From Eledone cirrhosa (lineage: Eukaryota), in NCBI GenBank assembly GCA_964016885.1, contig OZ024740.1:405356001-405420000 (forward strand): a stretch of DNA of 64,000 nucleotides, in the 5' to 3' direction. This document shows, one piece after another, positions 1-11,797 of this stretch. The position numbers were made by a program, and so were the translations under genes. Below the pieces are notes generated by a model. That model did no database searches, was not told the DNA's origin, and saw only the letters and a program-made list of their open reading frames with translations. The first letter of the stretch is position 1, and each line of letters starts with the position of its first letter.

Positions 1-310
1 TGTTCCTAAAATAGAATAAATTAAAATCCCTATGCAAAATGATACTTCCAAATCCCTTCACTTCTATTTTGATGCCACATCATGTTGTAAAAGTTGATTA
101 AACTAAAGTGATGGACACATTTAGATGAGTTCATATTCTGTGGGGAGAATAATTTTTCAACTAGCTAAAAAATTGTCTCTAAGACAAAGTGTGTCAGTTC
201 TGAAATCTCAGACACCTCTTCTCCCCATGGTATATAAACTTTTCCAAACTCATGTCCTTCATTGTATAATTTTTGTTGACGTAGACTAGTACCACCATTT
301 TTACCACATA

Positions 311-536
311 TTAACTCTTTAGCATTTAAACCAGCTGTATCCAGCCAGAATCGTATAACCTCTTTCTGTTCAAACAGGCTGTAATTGGCTGCTCATACTG
401 ATGTTAAAGCATTATTCTCAAAATAATATCGTCAAAATCTCGTAGCTTCAATATTATGTGAGATGATTAGTAAGTAAAGCCGTTACTGTGAAAATACAAC
501 AGTAAACACAGAATAATGTAAATACTAAAGGGTTAA
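311..536. mobile_element. piggyBac-like MITE (TTAA ends, imperfect CCCTTTAGCATT-type TIRs)
   Basis: Starts ttaa-ctctttagcattta and ends taaatactaaaggg-ttaa. Related copies at 57533-57744 and (partial) ~44570-44678. Confidence 0.55.
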
Positions 537-703
537 ACTAAAGTAACTTTTAATATTCATATCTCTTCATTAAAAATATTCCATTGAGATTTACTATTAG
601 TCTTCATATCTCTAGTGTCATCGTGGAAGATTTGAAAAAGCTGTTTATATTCATGAATATATTGAAGCTATTTATCATCTTGTTTTATCTAAAGCCTCAT
701 CCC

Positions 704-905
704 TATATATATATATATATACATGTGTGTGTGTATATATATATACACATAAGTGTGTGTGTATATATATGTGTGTATATATATATACATGTGTGTATAT
801 ATATATACATATGTGTACATATATATGTGTATATATGTGTATCTATATATATGTGCGTATGTGTGTGTGTGTATATATATATATGTGTGTATATATATAT
901 ATATA

Positions 906-938
<33 letters not shown>

Positions 939-1423
939 GTGTATATATATATATACATGTGTGTATATTTATATATATATATACATGTGTGTATATTTAT
1001 ATATATACATGTGTATATATATATATACATGTGTGTGTGTATATATATATACATGTGTGTGTATATATATATATACATATGTGTGTATATATATATACAT
1101 GTGTATATATATATATATACATGTGTATATATATATATATATATATACATGTGTGTATATATATATATACAGATGTGTGTATATATATATATATATACAC
1201 ATGTGTGTATATATATATATACACATGTGTGTATATATATATATACACGTGTGTATATATATATATACACGTGTGTATATATATATATACACGTGTGTAT
1301 ATATATATATACACATGTGTGTATATATATATATCTATACATGTGTGTATATATATATCTATACATGTGTGTGTACATATATATATACATACATGTATAT
1401 AAATATATACATGTGTATATATA
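704..1423. repeat. Compound (TA)n/(TG)n microsatellite with ACATGTG interruptions
   Basis: Directly visible; produces spurious YI/CV ORFs. Confidence 0.97.
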
Positions 1424-1618
1424 GGCAACACGGTAAAAACCTCCCAAACCCACACTGTAAATGTGGTTGGTGTTAGGAAGGGCATCCAACTGTAGAAAAC
1501 CTGCCAGACAGTCCTATGCGAGCAAGACAATCACTCTTGCCTCAAGTGGGACTACCCCCGTCCAAACCCATGCAAGCGTGGAACACGGACGTTAAACGTT
1601 GATGATGATGATGATGAT
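1424..1618 (+). mobile_element. RTE LINE family A, 3' UTR tip with (GAT)n tail
   Basis: Near-identical to the reverse complement of 26611-26810 and 7358-7550; ends ...ggacgttaaacgtt(gat)n. Confidence 0.9.
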
Positions 1619-1765
1619 ATACATGTGTATATTTATATATATACATGTGTATATTTATATATATATATATACATGTGTATATTTATATATATACATGTGT
1701 GTATATACATATATACACACATATATGTATGTATATGTATATATATATATGTGTATATATATATG

Positions 1766-1802
<37 letters not shown>

Positions 1803-1813
1803 ATATATATATG

Positions 1814-1889
<76 letters not shown>

Positions 1890-1963
1890 CACATATATAT
1901 ATATACATATATATACACATACACATATATATATATATATATACATACATATATATATATATA

Positions 1964-2794
1964 TGGGTGTGGGTGGTTTGTCCGGGATTACTTGGAGGAA
2001 TTTGTCCAAAGACTTCTTGAATTTTGTGTGGTCAGTTTCTGTTTTGACGTGTCCTGGTGTGATGTTGAAGAGAGCAGGGCCAATTGAGGTGAAATAATTG
2101 TGCCGTATTGTTGTTATGAGTTGCGATTTAGATTTTTGTTTGGGACGGATAGCACGGGGCCCAAGCCTTGGGTGTAATTTGAAGGTGATGCCAACATCAT
2201 TTGGGCAGTGATGATGAAACATTTTCCACATCATGCAGATAATATAACGCTCACGGCGACGTTGGAGTGAGTAAAGTTTCAGGTTTTCTAGTCGACCCCA
2301 GTAGTCAAGGTCTGACATGCCATCTATCTTTTTCGTGATTGCCCTTTGGGGAGCTTCAAGTTTCATGATACTTTGTTTCGTGTGGGGAGACCACAGTGGA
2401 CAACAGTATTCAAGGTGTGGTCGGGCAAAAGTAGAGAAGAGAAGGATAATGGTGTGGGAATCTCTCGACTGGAAGGTTCTGAGGATCCAGGAACAAATTC
2501 TGCGGGCCATGTCAACTTTGCTGCTTATATGCGTGGCCCAGCTTATGTTGCTGTCCACGGTTACTCCCAAGTCTCTGATGTTGTTAGATGCCACGAGAGT
2601 TTCACCGGAGGGAAGGGAGTACGGGAGTTTCAGAGCATCCTCTTTTCCAAAGTGGATCAGTTCGAATTTGTCTTCGTTCAGTAACATGTTGTTCTTTTCC
2701 GCCCATTGGGTAACAGCCAGTAGGTCTGACTGAAGGCTTATCCGGTCATCCACGCCATCGATGACCTTTTGGAGCTTGGAATCATGAGCAAAAA

Positions 2795-2795
<1 letters not shown>
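1964..2795 (-). mobile_element. CR1/L2-superfamily LINE, RT C-terminal fragment
   Basis: FFAHDSKL (degenerate YADD), [39 protein letters not shown]; bounded on both sides by (TA)n. Confidence 0.9.
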
Positions 2796-2863
<68 letters not shown>

Positions 2864-3133
2864 TATGTATATATATGTATATATGTATATATATGTATAT
2901 ATATATATATATAGGTATGTATATATATATATATATGTATATATATGTATATATATATATATAGGTATGTATATATGTATATATATGTATATATATATAT
3001 ATATATAGGTATGTATATATATATATATATGTATATATATGTATATATATATATATAGGTATGTATATATATATATATATGTATATATATGTATATATAT
3101 ATATATAGGTATGTATATATATATATATATATG

Positions 3134-3199
<66 letters not shown>

Positions 3200-3228
3200 T
3201 ATGTATGTATATATATATGTATATATGC

Positions 3229-3276
<48 letters not shown>

Positions 3277-3337
3277 GTATATATATATATGTATATATAT
3301 ATATATGTATATATATTTGTATGTATATATATATATG

Positions 3338-3377
<40 letters not shown>

Positions 3378-3378
3378 T
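2796..3378. repeat. (TA)n/(TATG)n microsatellite with ~48-bp higher-order AGGTATG units
   Basis: Directly visible. Confidence 0.95.
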
Positions 3379-4952
3379 ATCATCATCATCATCATCATTT
3401 TATGTCCGCTTTTCCCTGCTTGCAAGGGTGGGATGGGTCTTATTCAGCACAGCATCTCTCCACTCGTCACGGTCCCCCATCATCTCCACCGTGAGCTTCA
3501 ATGATCTGAGGTCTGTTCTCACCACCTCCGCCCATGTTTTTTCGTGGTCTACCTCTACCACGTCTTCCTTCAACTGGCACTTCTTCACCCATCGGTCATC
3601 CTCCATGCGCATCACATATCCATACCACCTCAGTCTCCTCTCCCGTACACTACATTCTATCCCTCTCAGACACAGTTTGTCTCTCAACACATTTATGCTG
3701 GGTCGTTCACGCACATTTACACTGCACATCCAACGGAGCATGCTTGCCTCATTTCTCTCCAGCCGTCGCATATCCTCTGCAGTTGCATATCCTCTGCAGC
3801 CGTCGCATATCCTCTGCAGTTGCTGCCCATGTTTCACTACCATGCAGCATCGCGCTCCTCACTCAGGCATCATACAACCGGCCTTTCGTACGCAGGGAGA
3901 AACCCTTCTTCGTAAACAGAGGAAGCAGCTCCCTAAACTTCTTCCAACCCGTCCTTATTCTAGATACTATGACCTCCTCCCATGCTAATCTGATCTCCTA
4001 GGTACCGGAAGCTATCCACCACTTCTATAGCGCCATCCTGCATTTGAAAAATGTGTCTATCAATGCGACTTCTACTGTCTAATTTCCCTGTACTGCATAC
4101 ATATTTCTCCCTACCTGTTAGTTTGCCTGTTATCCCGCTACATCTCTTGTGTACCCAGGATCTGCTTTGTGTGCATTTTATAGAATTTATGCCAGTTCCT
4201 TTTCTGCATATCGAACATGGCCATTTCCCTGACGGAATCAGGGTGTTGTCCTCTTTTCTACTCATCAACACTTTTGTCTTAGCTAGATTCACTCTCAGTC
4301 CTCTTGCTTCCAACTACTGTTTCCATAGCCAGAATTTATTCTCTAGCTCCTCTACTGATTCTGCTATAAGAACCAGATCGTCAGCATAGAGAAGTTCCCA
4401 TGGACAGCCAGTCTTAAACTCCTCTGTTATGGCTTGGAGGACTATAATGAACAAGAGCAGACTGAGGACCGAACCCTGATGTACTCCTACATGTATCTGG
4501 AATTCCTCACTAAACTCCATTCCTACCCTGACTTCACTGAGAGTACCTCTGTACAAAGTTTGCACTGTCCTCACAAGCCATTCCTCAACACCTAGCTTCC
4601 TTAGGGACCACCAGATGACAGATCGGGGTACCCTATCAAAGGCCTTCTCTAGGTCAACAAAGGCTAAGTATAGTGGCTTATTCTTCTCTAAGAACCTCTC
4701 TTGCAATTGTCTCACCAAGAAGAGGGCATCAGTTGTACTCTTCCCAGGCACAAAACCAAACTGTATCTCATCTAGTTTGACCCTTTCTCTAATTAGTTGT
4801 GCTAAAATCCTTTCTGCCACTTTCATAACCTGATCTATCAGTTTTATACCCCTATAATTGCTCCTCTCCAAAGCATCCCCTTTACCTTTGTAGCAATTTA
4901 TGAGAATACTGCTGCACCAGTCTTTGGGTATGACACCACCAAATATAGCCAA
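3379..4952 (-). mobile_element. RTE LINE family C, 5'-truncated and disrupted
   Basis: RT motifs FVDLEKAFDRV, GVHQGSVLS, LLYADDL; premature stop at 4314-4316; frameshifts; small internal duplication ~3761-3822; (GAT)n tail. Confidence 0.93.
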
Positions 4953-5034
4953 ATATATATGTATATGTATATATATATGTATATATATATATGTATATGT
5001 ATATTTATATGTATATATATATATGTATATATAT

Positions 5035-7289
5035 ATCATCATCATCATCATCATCACCGTCTTACGTCCGTTCTTCCACGCTAGCATGGGTTAGACGGGT
5101 TGTCCTGTTGTGGGCAGTATCTGGTCGGCTGACCATGCCTTGCTCATACAGGAACTGATCTGGCTTGATTTCTACAGCTGGATGCCCTTCCTAACACCAA
5201 CCTCATTTACAGTGAGTGCTGGGTGCTTTTTCGTGGCGCCTACACGTCCACTTTACAGTGTGGGCTGGGTGCTTCTTTTGCCGTGGCACCTCCACGACCA
5301 CCTTGCGGTGGGGGGAGTGGGGGCATATTGTTTATATGCTTCAGCATGTACCCATGGGAGGTCGGGTACCCTGTATTACTGCGTGACGCCAGAAGTCACG
5401 GTCGTGTGTCATTGTCTTTGAGAGGTGTAGTTGGGTAAGGTCGGCTTTTATCACCTAATCCCAAGTCATCTTGGGTCTCCCCACTCCGCGGTTTCCATCA
5501 ACTTCTAGTGCTCTGCACCTTTTTATGCAGCTGTCATCCTTCATACGCATCACATGTCCATACCAGCGTAACCGCCTCTCCTGCACGCAGCATTTGATTC
5601 CTCTTATGCTCAGTCTCTCTCTCAATTCCTTTATGCTTTGTCGTTCACGTATATTACTGTTACACATCCATCGGAGCATGCAGGCTTCGTTTCTCTCTAA
5701 TCTACGTAAGTCTTCCACCTTCAGCGCCCAGGTCTCACTACCATGCAACATCGCTGTTCGGATACACGCATCATACAGTCTGCCTTTCATTCTGAGGGAG
5801 AAGCCTTTTGCAGCTAGCAGTGGTAGTAGTTCCCTAAACTTCTTCCATCCCGTTCTTACCCTAGTTATTGTACTTTCTGAGCACCCACCTCCGTTGCTAA
5901 TTCGGTCACCTAGGTAGCAGAAGCTGTCTACTGTTTCTACAGGGCCCTCCCAGAGATTGGTGGTACTTGTTTCCTGTGGCTGTTCGCTTGCTGTTTCAGC
6001 ACAGCTGCTGCATGTGAATCCTACATTCTTAATTAAGCTTCCTGAGATCCCGCTACATCTCTTGTGTACCCATTGTTTGCATTTGGGGCAGAGAATGGAG
6101 TTCCTACCTACACCTTTCCTACATACTGAGCAAGGCCATTTCCCTGAGGGGATCTGGGTTCTGTTTTCTCATCTACTTACAAGGACCTTAGTCTTTGTCA
6201 TGTTGACTTTGAGACCCTTTCTCTCTAGTCCCTGCTTCCAGGTTTGGAATTTATTCTCTAGTTCTATCATAGATTCAGCTATGAGTGCGAGGTCATCAGC
6301 ATACAGGAGTTCCCATGGGCATCCGGTCTTAAATTCCTCCGTTATTGCCTGCAGGACTATGATGAACAGGAGAGGGCTAAGAACAGAGCCCTGGTGGACC
6401 CCAACCTGTACGCTAAATTCCTCGCTATACTCATTGCTAATCCTAACTTTGCTGACTGCTCCCCTATACATGGCTTGTACGGCTTTCACAAGCCATTCAT
6501 CTACTCCTAGTTTTCTAAGAGCCCACCAGATTACTGCACGTGGAACTCTGTCAAAGGCTTTCTCAAGGTCGACAAATGCCAAGTAGAGTGGCTTACTTTT
6601 AGCTAGGTACTTTTCCTGTAATTGCCTCACAAGGAAGAGGGCATCAGTGGTGCCTCTCCCTGGTACAAACCCAAATTGCATCTCGTCTATATTCACCCGG
6701 TCCCTAATCAGCTGTGCTATAACTCTTTCTGTTACTTTCATGACCTGGTCCATCAACTTTATACCTCTATAGTTTCCTCTATCTAGTGCATCGCCTTTAC
6801 CTTTGTAGCAGTTGACAATGATGCTACTGCACCAATCTTTTGGTATGGCCCCTTCTAGTATTACCTGGTTAACGATACGTGTGGTTATAGTGTGACCTAC
6901 AGACCCAGATGCCTTCAGCATCTCGGCAGCTATACCCGATGGACCGGTTGCCTTCCCCATCTTCATATCTCTGATTGCCTTACTTACTACGCTGCCGCTG
7001 ACTTGTACTGCTGGTCCCTCTATAGGGTCTACATGGGGTAGGGTCTCTTCTTCCCATGCATTCTCCTCATTTAGTAATCTATCATAATGACTCTTCCATG
7101 CATCTTTCTTCTCAGCACTTGTGAGGGCAAGCTCACCTTTATCATTCCGGATACACTTCTCTCCAATGACATCACAACTATCTCTGACACACTGCCTCGC
7201 AATCTTGAATACCTCCTGTTTCTGGTCCTCACGTTGTAAAACATGCTTGAATTTTCTATCCTCTGCTTCCCTCCTAGCTAAGTATACTT
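5035..7289 (-). mobile_element. RTE LINE family B, 5'-truncated
   Basis: RT ORF pieces 6169-7289 and 5455-5790; in-frame stop at 6169; 3' UTR and (GAT)n tail; near-identical to the 11798-15735 copy. Confidence 0.93.
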
Positions 7290-7327
7290 GTATATATATA
7301 TATGTATATATATATATGTATATATAT

Positions 7328-7357
<30 letters not shown>

Positions 7358-7359
<2 letters not shown>

Positions 7360-10300
7360 CATCATCATCAGGTTTAGCGTCCGTGTTCCACGCTTGCATG
7401 GGTTTGGACGGGGGTTTTCCCACTTGAGGCAAGAGTGGTTGTCTTGCTCGCATAGGACTGTCTGGCGGGTTTTCTACAGTTGGATGCCCTTCCTAACACC
7501 AACCACATTTACAGTGTGGGGCTGGGAGGTTTTTACCGTGTTGCCTACACGGCCACATTACAGCGTGGACTGTCTGGCGGGTTTTCTACAGCTGGATGCC
7601 CTTCCTAACACCAACCACATTTACAGTGTGGGGCTGGGAGGTTTTTACTGTGTTGCCTACACGGCCACATTTACAGCGTGGACTGTGTGTTTTTTGTCGT
7701 GACACCTACACGATCTCATTTGTTTCGGCCTGGATGTTGTGGGACCAACATTACTTTACATTGAAAGGGGCGGTGTGGGTGGGGTGGAGGTGGTGGGACG
7801 GGGGTGTGTTTTGATAGAGATGCCTACTGACTGTAGTGGGTTTTTACTTTGTATTTAGGTAAGGCGGGTCTTCTCTATTACTGAGTACCGCCAAAGGTCT
7901 CGGTCCAGTGACATTGTCTTGGAGAGGTGTAAGCGTGTGAGGTCGGAATTTATCAGCTCGTCCCATGTTTTTCTGGGTCTGCCTACTCCGTGGCTACCGT
8001 CTATCTTTATTGCCCTGCACTTTGTTATACAGCTGTCGTCTTTCATGCGCATCACGTGACCGTACCAACGTAGCCTTCTCTCGAGTAAACAACATCTGAT
8101 CCCTCTTATTTCTAATTTTTTCCTTAGTTCGTTTATGCTTTGCCGTTCACGTATATTACTATTGCACATCCAGCGGAGCATGCAAGCTTCGTTCCTCTCT
8201 AGTCTGCGTATATCCTCTGCACACAATGCCCAGGTCTCACTGCCATGCAGCATTGCTGTTCGTATGCAGGCATCGTATAACCTGCCTTTCATTTTTAGGG
8301 AGAACCCTCTAGCGGCTAATAGTGGTATAAGCTCTCTGAACTTTTTCCATCCAGTTCTGACTCTAGCTACTGTACTTTCAGAGCACCCTCCCCCACTGCT
8401 GATTTTGTCACCCAGATAACGGAAGCTGTCCACTATTTCTATAGAACCCTCTGCGCAGTTGAAGGAGCTAGTATTTTGTGGGCACTTGCTGCTACTTATT
8501 GCACCAGAACACCGGCCACATGTAAAATCTATGTTCTTAGTTAGCTTACCTGTGATCCCACTACATCTTTTATGCACCCATACTTTGCATTTGGGACATA
8601 AAATGGAGTTTCTACCTACGCCTTTCCTACACACTGAGCATGGCCATTTCCCAGATGGGACCGCCGCCTTATTTTCTTTCCTACAAACTAGAACTTTAGT
8701 CTTAGCCAGGTTAATTTTAAGGCCTTTTGATTCTAGGCCGTGCTTCCATGTTTGGAATTTCTTCTCTAGTTCGGTCATTGATTCAGCTATGAGCGTTAGA
8801 TCATCTGCGTATAGGAGTTCCCATGGGCAGCCGGTCTTGAACTCCTCTGTTATAGCCTGAAGGGCAATAATAAATAGTAGGGGGCTAAGAACAGAGCCCT
8901 GATGGACACCAACTTTTACGCTAAACTCTTCACTATATTCGTTGTTAATTCTAACCTTACTGACTGTTTCTTTATACATGGCTTGTATAGCTCTCACAAG
9001 CCATTCGTCAACACCTAGTTTTCTAAGAGACCACCAGATAATGGAACGGGGGACTCTGTCGAAGGCTTTCTCCAAGTCGACGAAAGCTAAGTATAGGGGT
9101 TTACTTTTAGCTAGGTACTTCTCCTGTAGTTGTCGTACAATGAAAAGAGCGTCTGTGGTACTTTTGCCTGACACAAACCCGAACTGCATTTCATCTAGAT
9201 CAATTCTCTCTCTGATTAGTTGCGCTATTACTTTTTCCGTGACCTTCATGACCTGGTCGATTAATTTAATGCCTCTATAGTTACTCCTATCTAGGGCATC
9301 TCCTTTTCCCTTATAGCAGTTAACGATGATGCTGCTACGCCAGTCCTTCGGAACAACCCCATTCTGTATGACTTGGTTAACTATCCGGGTGACCATGGTG
9401 TGTCCCACCGAACCAGATGCCTTCAGCATCTCAGCAACTATTTCCGAAGGCCCAGCCGCCTTACCCGTCTTCATATTTTTGATTGCCTTACTTATTATAC
9501 TACCTTCAACTAACACTGCTGGTCCCTCTATTGGATCGATCTGGGGGAGACTGTCTTTCTCCCATTTGTTCTCCTCATTTAGAAGCCTTTCGTAGTGACA
9601 CTTCCAAGCTACCTTCTTATCAGCGTCGGTGATGGCAAGTATGCCATCATCGTTAAGTACACACTTCTCCCCGACAATATCACGGTTATCCTTGACACAT
9701 TGCCTGGCAATCCTGAACACCTCACGTTTTTGGTCCTCACGTTGTAGAACATGCTTGAACTTTCTTTCCTCTGCTTCCCTTCTTGCGAAGTACACTTGTC
9801 TCCTAGCTTCCCTCCTGGCCACTTGATAGTCTTCTCTACTTCCCCCATCCCGCCATACTTTCCAAGCCTGCTTTTTGGCCTTAATTGACTCCTCCACCTT
9901 ACTGTTCCACCACCATGTTACTCTCCTCCTACCTACAGGCCTGCTCCAGCCACAGACTTCGTCTGCCGCCGTCAGCAGGTTTGCTCTCAGGAATTCCCAC
10001 TGTTCCTCTATATTATATGACTCTAATTGCTCTTCCTTACTGTCGAAAGCGTCAAGTAATATGCTTTGAAATTTATTTCTGGCTATGGGGTCCTTTAGCT
10101 TCCATATTTTTCTCCTGAGGATAGTCCTCTTCCGCTGTCTAGTACGTCTCGTCCTGACTATGAGGTCGCTAATTATCAGTCTATGTTGGGAGGTGAATTC
10201 TTCATGAGGGAGGGATTTAGTGTTAACAACAGACACTCTGTCACGTCTTCTGGTAAGGATATAATCTACCTGGCTTGTGTGTTCCCCCGATCTATAGGTG

Positions 10301-11496
10301 ATCAAGTGATTGTCTCGTTTTTTGAAGTTAGTGTTACAGATAGTTAAGTTATTTGCGTCGCAGAATTCCAGGATTCTGGAGCCTTCCTCATTTCTAGTAC
10401 CGAACCCATAGCCTCCATGGATTCCGTCATAACCGTCACAATGTTGTCCAACGTGACCATTTAGGTCGCCTGCAATAACTATATAGTCACTGTCGGTTAT
10501 TTGGGAGGTAGCGAGCATCAGTGTCTCGTAGAATCTGTCTTTTATAGCGCCGGGCAGTCCGGATTGGGGTGCGTACACAGATATTACTGTCACCGTAGTT
10601 TTATTGAGGACAAGTCTTATTTTAATTATTCTGTCGTTCACTCTATTTACGTCTATTATCTTATCTGCCCACTTTTCTGCTACCATGATTCCTACCCCAC
10701 CCAACCCATTGTCATTTCCCACCCAGAAAAGCTTATAGCATCGTTCTTTACCCACGATGAATCTAGCCGACCCTCCCCTCCACCTGGTCTCTTGAATACA
10801 ACAAACATCGACCTCCTTACGTTCAAGCATTTCTACAACCTCGTTAGAGCGACCCTTTAAGGTGCCTACATTCATGGTACCAACTCTGAAGTTTTGGATT
10901 GCGTTTGGAGGGTGGGAGCGGTGGGGCGCGGGGGGGGATGGGGTTATGTTAGCCATCCTGGGCCGAAACAAGGAGGAGTGCTTGCATTCTCGTCCACGAG
11001 GTGAATTTGGCTTTATCTTTGGCATTGTCGCTGAGCGTCCACATTTTTCTCTCTTCAACTCTCCAGAATTCCGTAGTCCATCCATCATATCGAAAAGCAA
11101 CCAGTTAAGCGATAGTATGGGCCTCTGACTTATGATTGGTCCACGTAATAATGGTGGTGCGTGGGGGCGGGTGGGAGGGATGATGAGTTGTTAGCGAGAA
11201 TGTAAGGTTTAAGATAAGATCGCCGTATTTTGGGCATAATTTAACAATAAACGAAAATACAAGATTTGTTTTGTTTAAGAAAATACGATAGAGAAAATGC
11301 GGTGATAGGGAAAATATGATTTTTAGAGAAAAATATGATATAGAATGGTGAAAATATGATATAGTGTGAAATTAGGACATAGAATAGTGATTGAATGAAT
11401 GGGTTCGAATGGAGAGAAGAATCGAGAAAAATATTTGAACGTTACTTTATACCGAAGGAACCGAAGGAAAAGCCATCCCAGAAATAGCGAGTTGGA
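7358..11496 (-). mobile_element. RTE LINE family A, apparently full-length with an intact ORF
   Basis: ~400-bp 5' region, single EN-RT ORF, 3' UTR with a 112-bp tandem duplication, (GAT)n tail; flanked by TA microsatellite on both sides. Confidence 0.93.
7855..11100 (-). CDS. RTE ORF: APE-type endonuclease + reverse transcriptase + embedded PHD (C4HC3) finger
   Basis: GTMNVGT, CCIQETRW, SVYAPQ, AGDLNGH, QVDYIL, SQHR (EN); DLEKAFD, QGSVLSP, YADD, FRYLG (RT). Uninterrupted 1081 codons from a TTG; first ATG at 11088. Confidence 0.95.
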   Translation of the reverse strand: MLFDMMDGLRNSGELKREKCGRSATMPKIKPNSPRGRECKHSSLFRPRMANITPSPPAPHRSHPPNAIQNFRVGTMNVGTLKGRSNEVVEMLERKEVDVCCIQETRWRGGSARFIVGKERCYKLFWVGNDNGLGGVGIMVAEKWADKIIDVNRVNDRIIKIRLVLNKTTVTVISVYAPQSGLPGAIKDRFYETLMLATSQITDSDYIVIAGDLNGHVGQHCDGYDGIHGGYGFGTRNEEGSRILEFCDANNLTICNTNFKKRDNHLITYRSGEHTSQVDYILTRRRDRVSVVNTKSLPHEEFTSQHRLIISDLIVRTRRTRQRKRTILRRKIWKLKDPIARNKFQSILLDAFDSKEEQLESYNIEEQWEFLRANLLTAADEVCGWSRPVGRRRVTWWWNSKVEESIKAKKQAWKVWRDGGSREDYQVARREARRQVYFARREAEERKFKHVLQREDQKREVFRIARQCVKDNRDIVGEKCVLNDDGILAITDADKKVAWKCHYERLLNEENKWEKDSLPQIDPIEGPAVLVEGSIISKAIKNMKTGKAAGPSEIVAEMLKASGSVGHTMVTRIVNQVIQNGVVPKDWRSSIIVNCYKGKGDALDRSNYRGIKLIDQVMKVTEKVIAQLIRERIDLDEMQFGFVSGKSTTDALFIVRQLQEKYLAKSKPLYLAFVDLEKAFDRVPRSIIWWSLRKLGVDEWLVRAIQAMYKETVSKVRINNEYSEEFSVKVGVHQGSVLSPLLFIIALQAITEEFKTGCPWELLYADDLTLIAESMTELEKKFQTWKHGLESKGLKINLAKTKVLVCRKENKAAVPSGKWPCSVCRKGVGRNSILCPKCKVWVHKRCSGITGKLTKNIDFTCGRCSGAISSSKCPQNTSSFNCAEGSIEIVDSFRYLGDKISSGGGCSESTVARVRTGWKKFRELIPLLAARGFSLKMKGRLYDACIRTAMLHGSETWALCAEDIRRLERNEACMLRWMCNSNIRERQSINELRKKLEIRGIRCCLLERRLRWYGHVMRMKDDSCITKCRAIKIDGSHGVGRPRKTWDELINSDLTRLHLSKTMSLDRDLWRYSVIEKTRLT

Positions 11497-11568
11497 TATG
11501 TATATATATATGTATATATATATGTATATATATATGTATATGTATATATGTATATATACGTATATATG

Positions 11569-11599
<31 letters not shown>

Positions 11600-11797
11600 G
11601 TATATATATATATGTATATATATGTATATGTATATATATATATGTATATATATGTATATGTATATGTATATATATATGTATATGTATATGTATATATATA
11701 TATGTATATATATGTATATGTATATGTATATGTATATATATATGTATATGTATATATATATGTATATGTATATATATATATATTTATGTATATATAT
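11497..11797. repeat. (TA)n/(TATATG)n microsatellite
   Basis: Directly visible. Confidence 0.95.

Noticed and set aside
11380-11496. HDV-like ribozyme at the RTE 5' end
   Set aside because: Known for some RTEs, but I could not build the nested double pseudoknot by eye. It needs a motif search.
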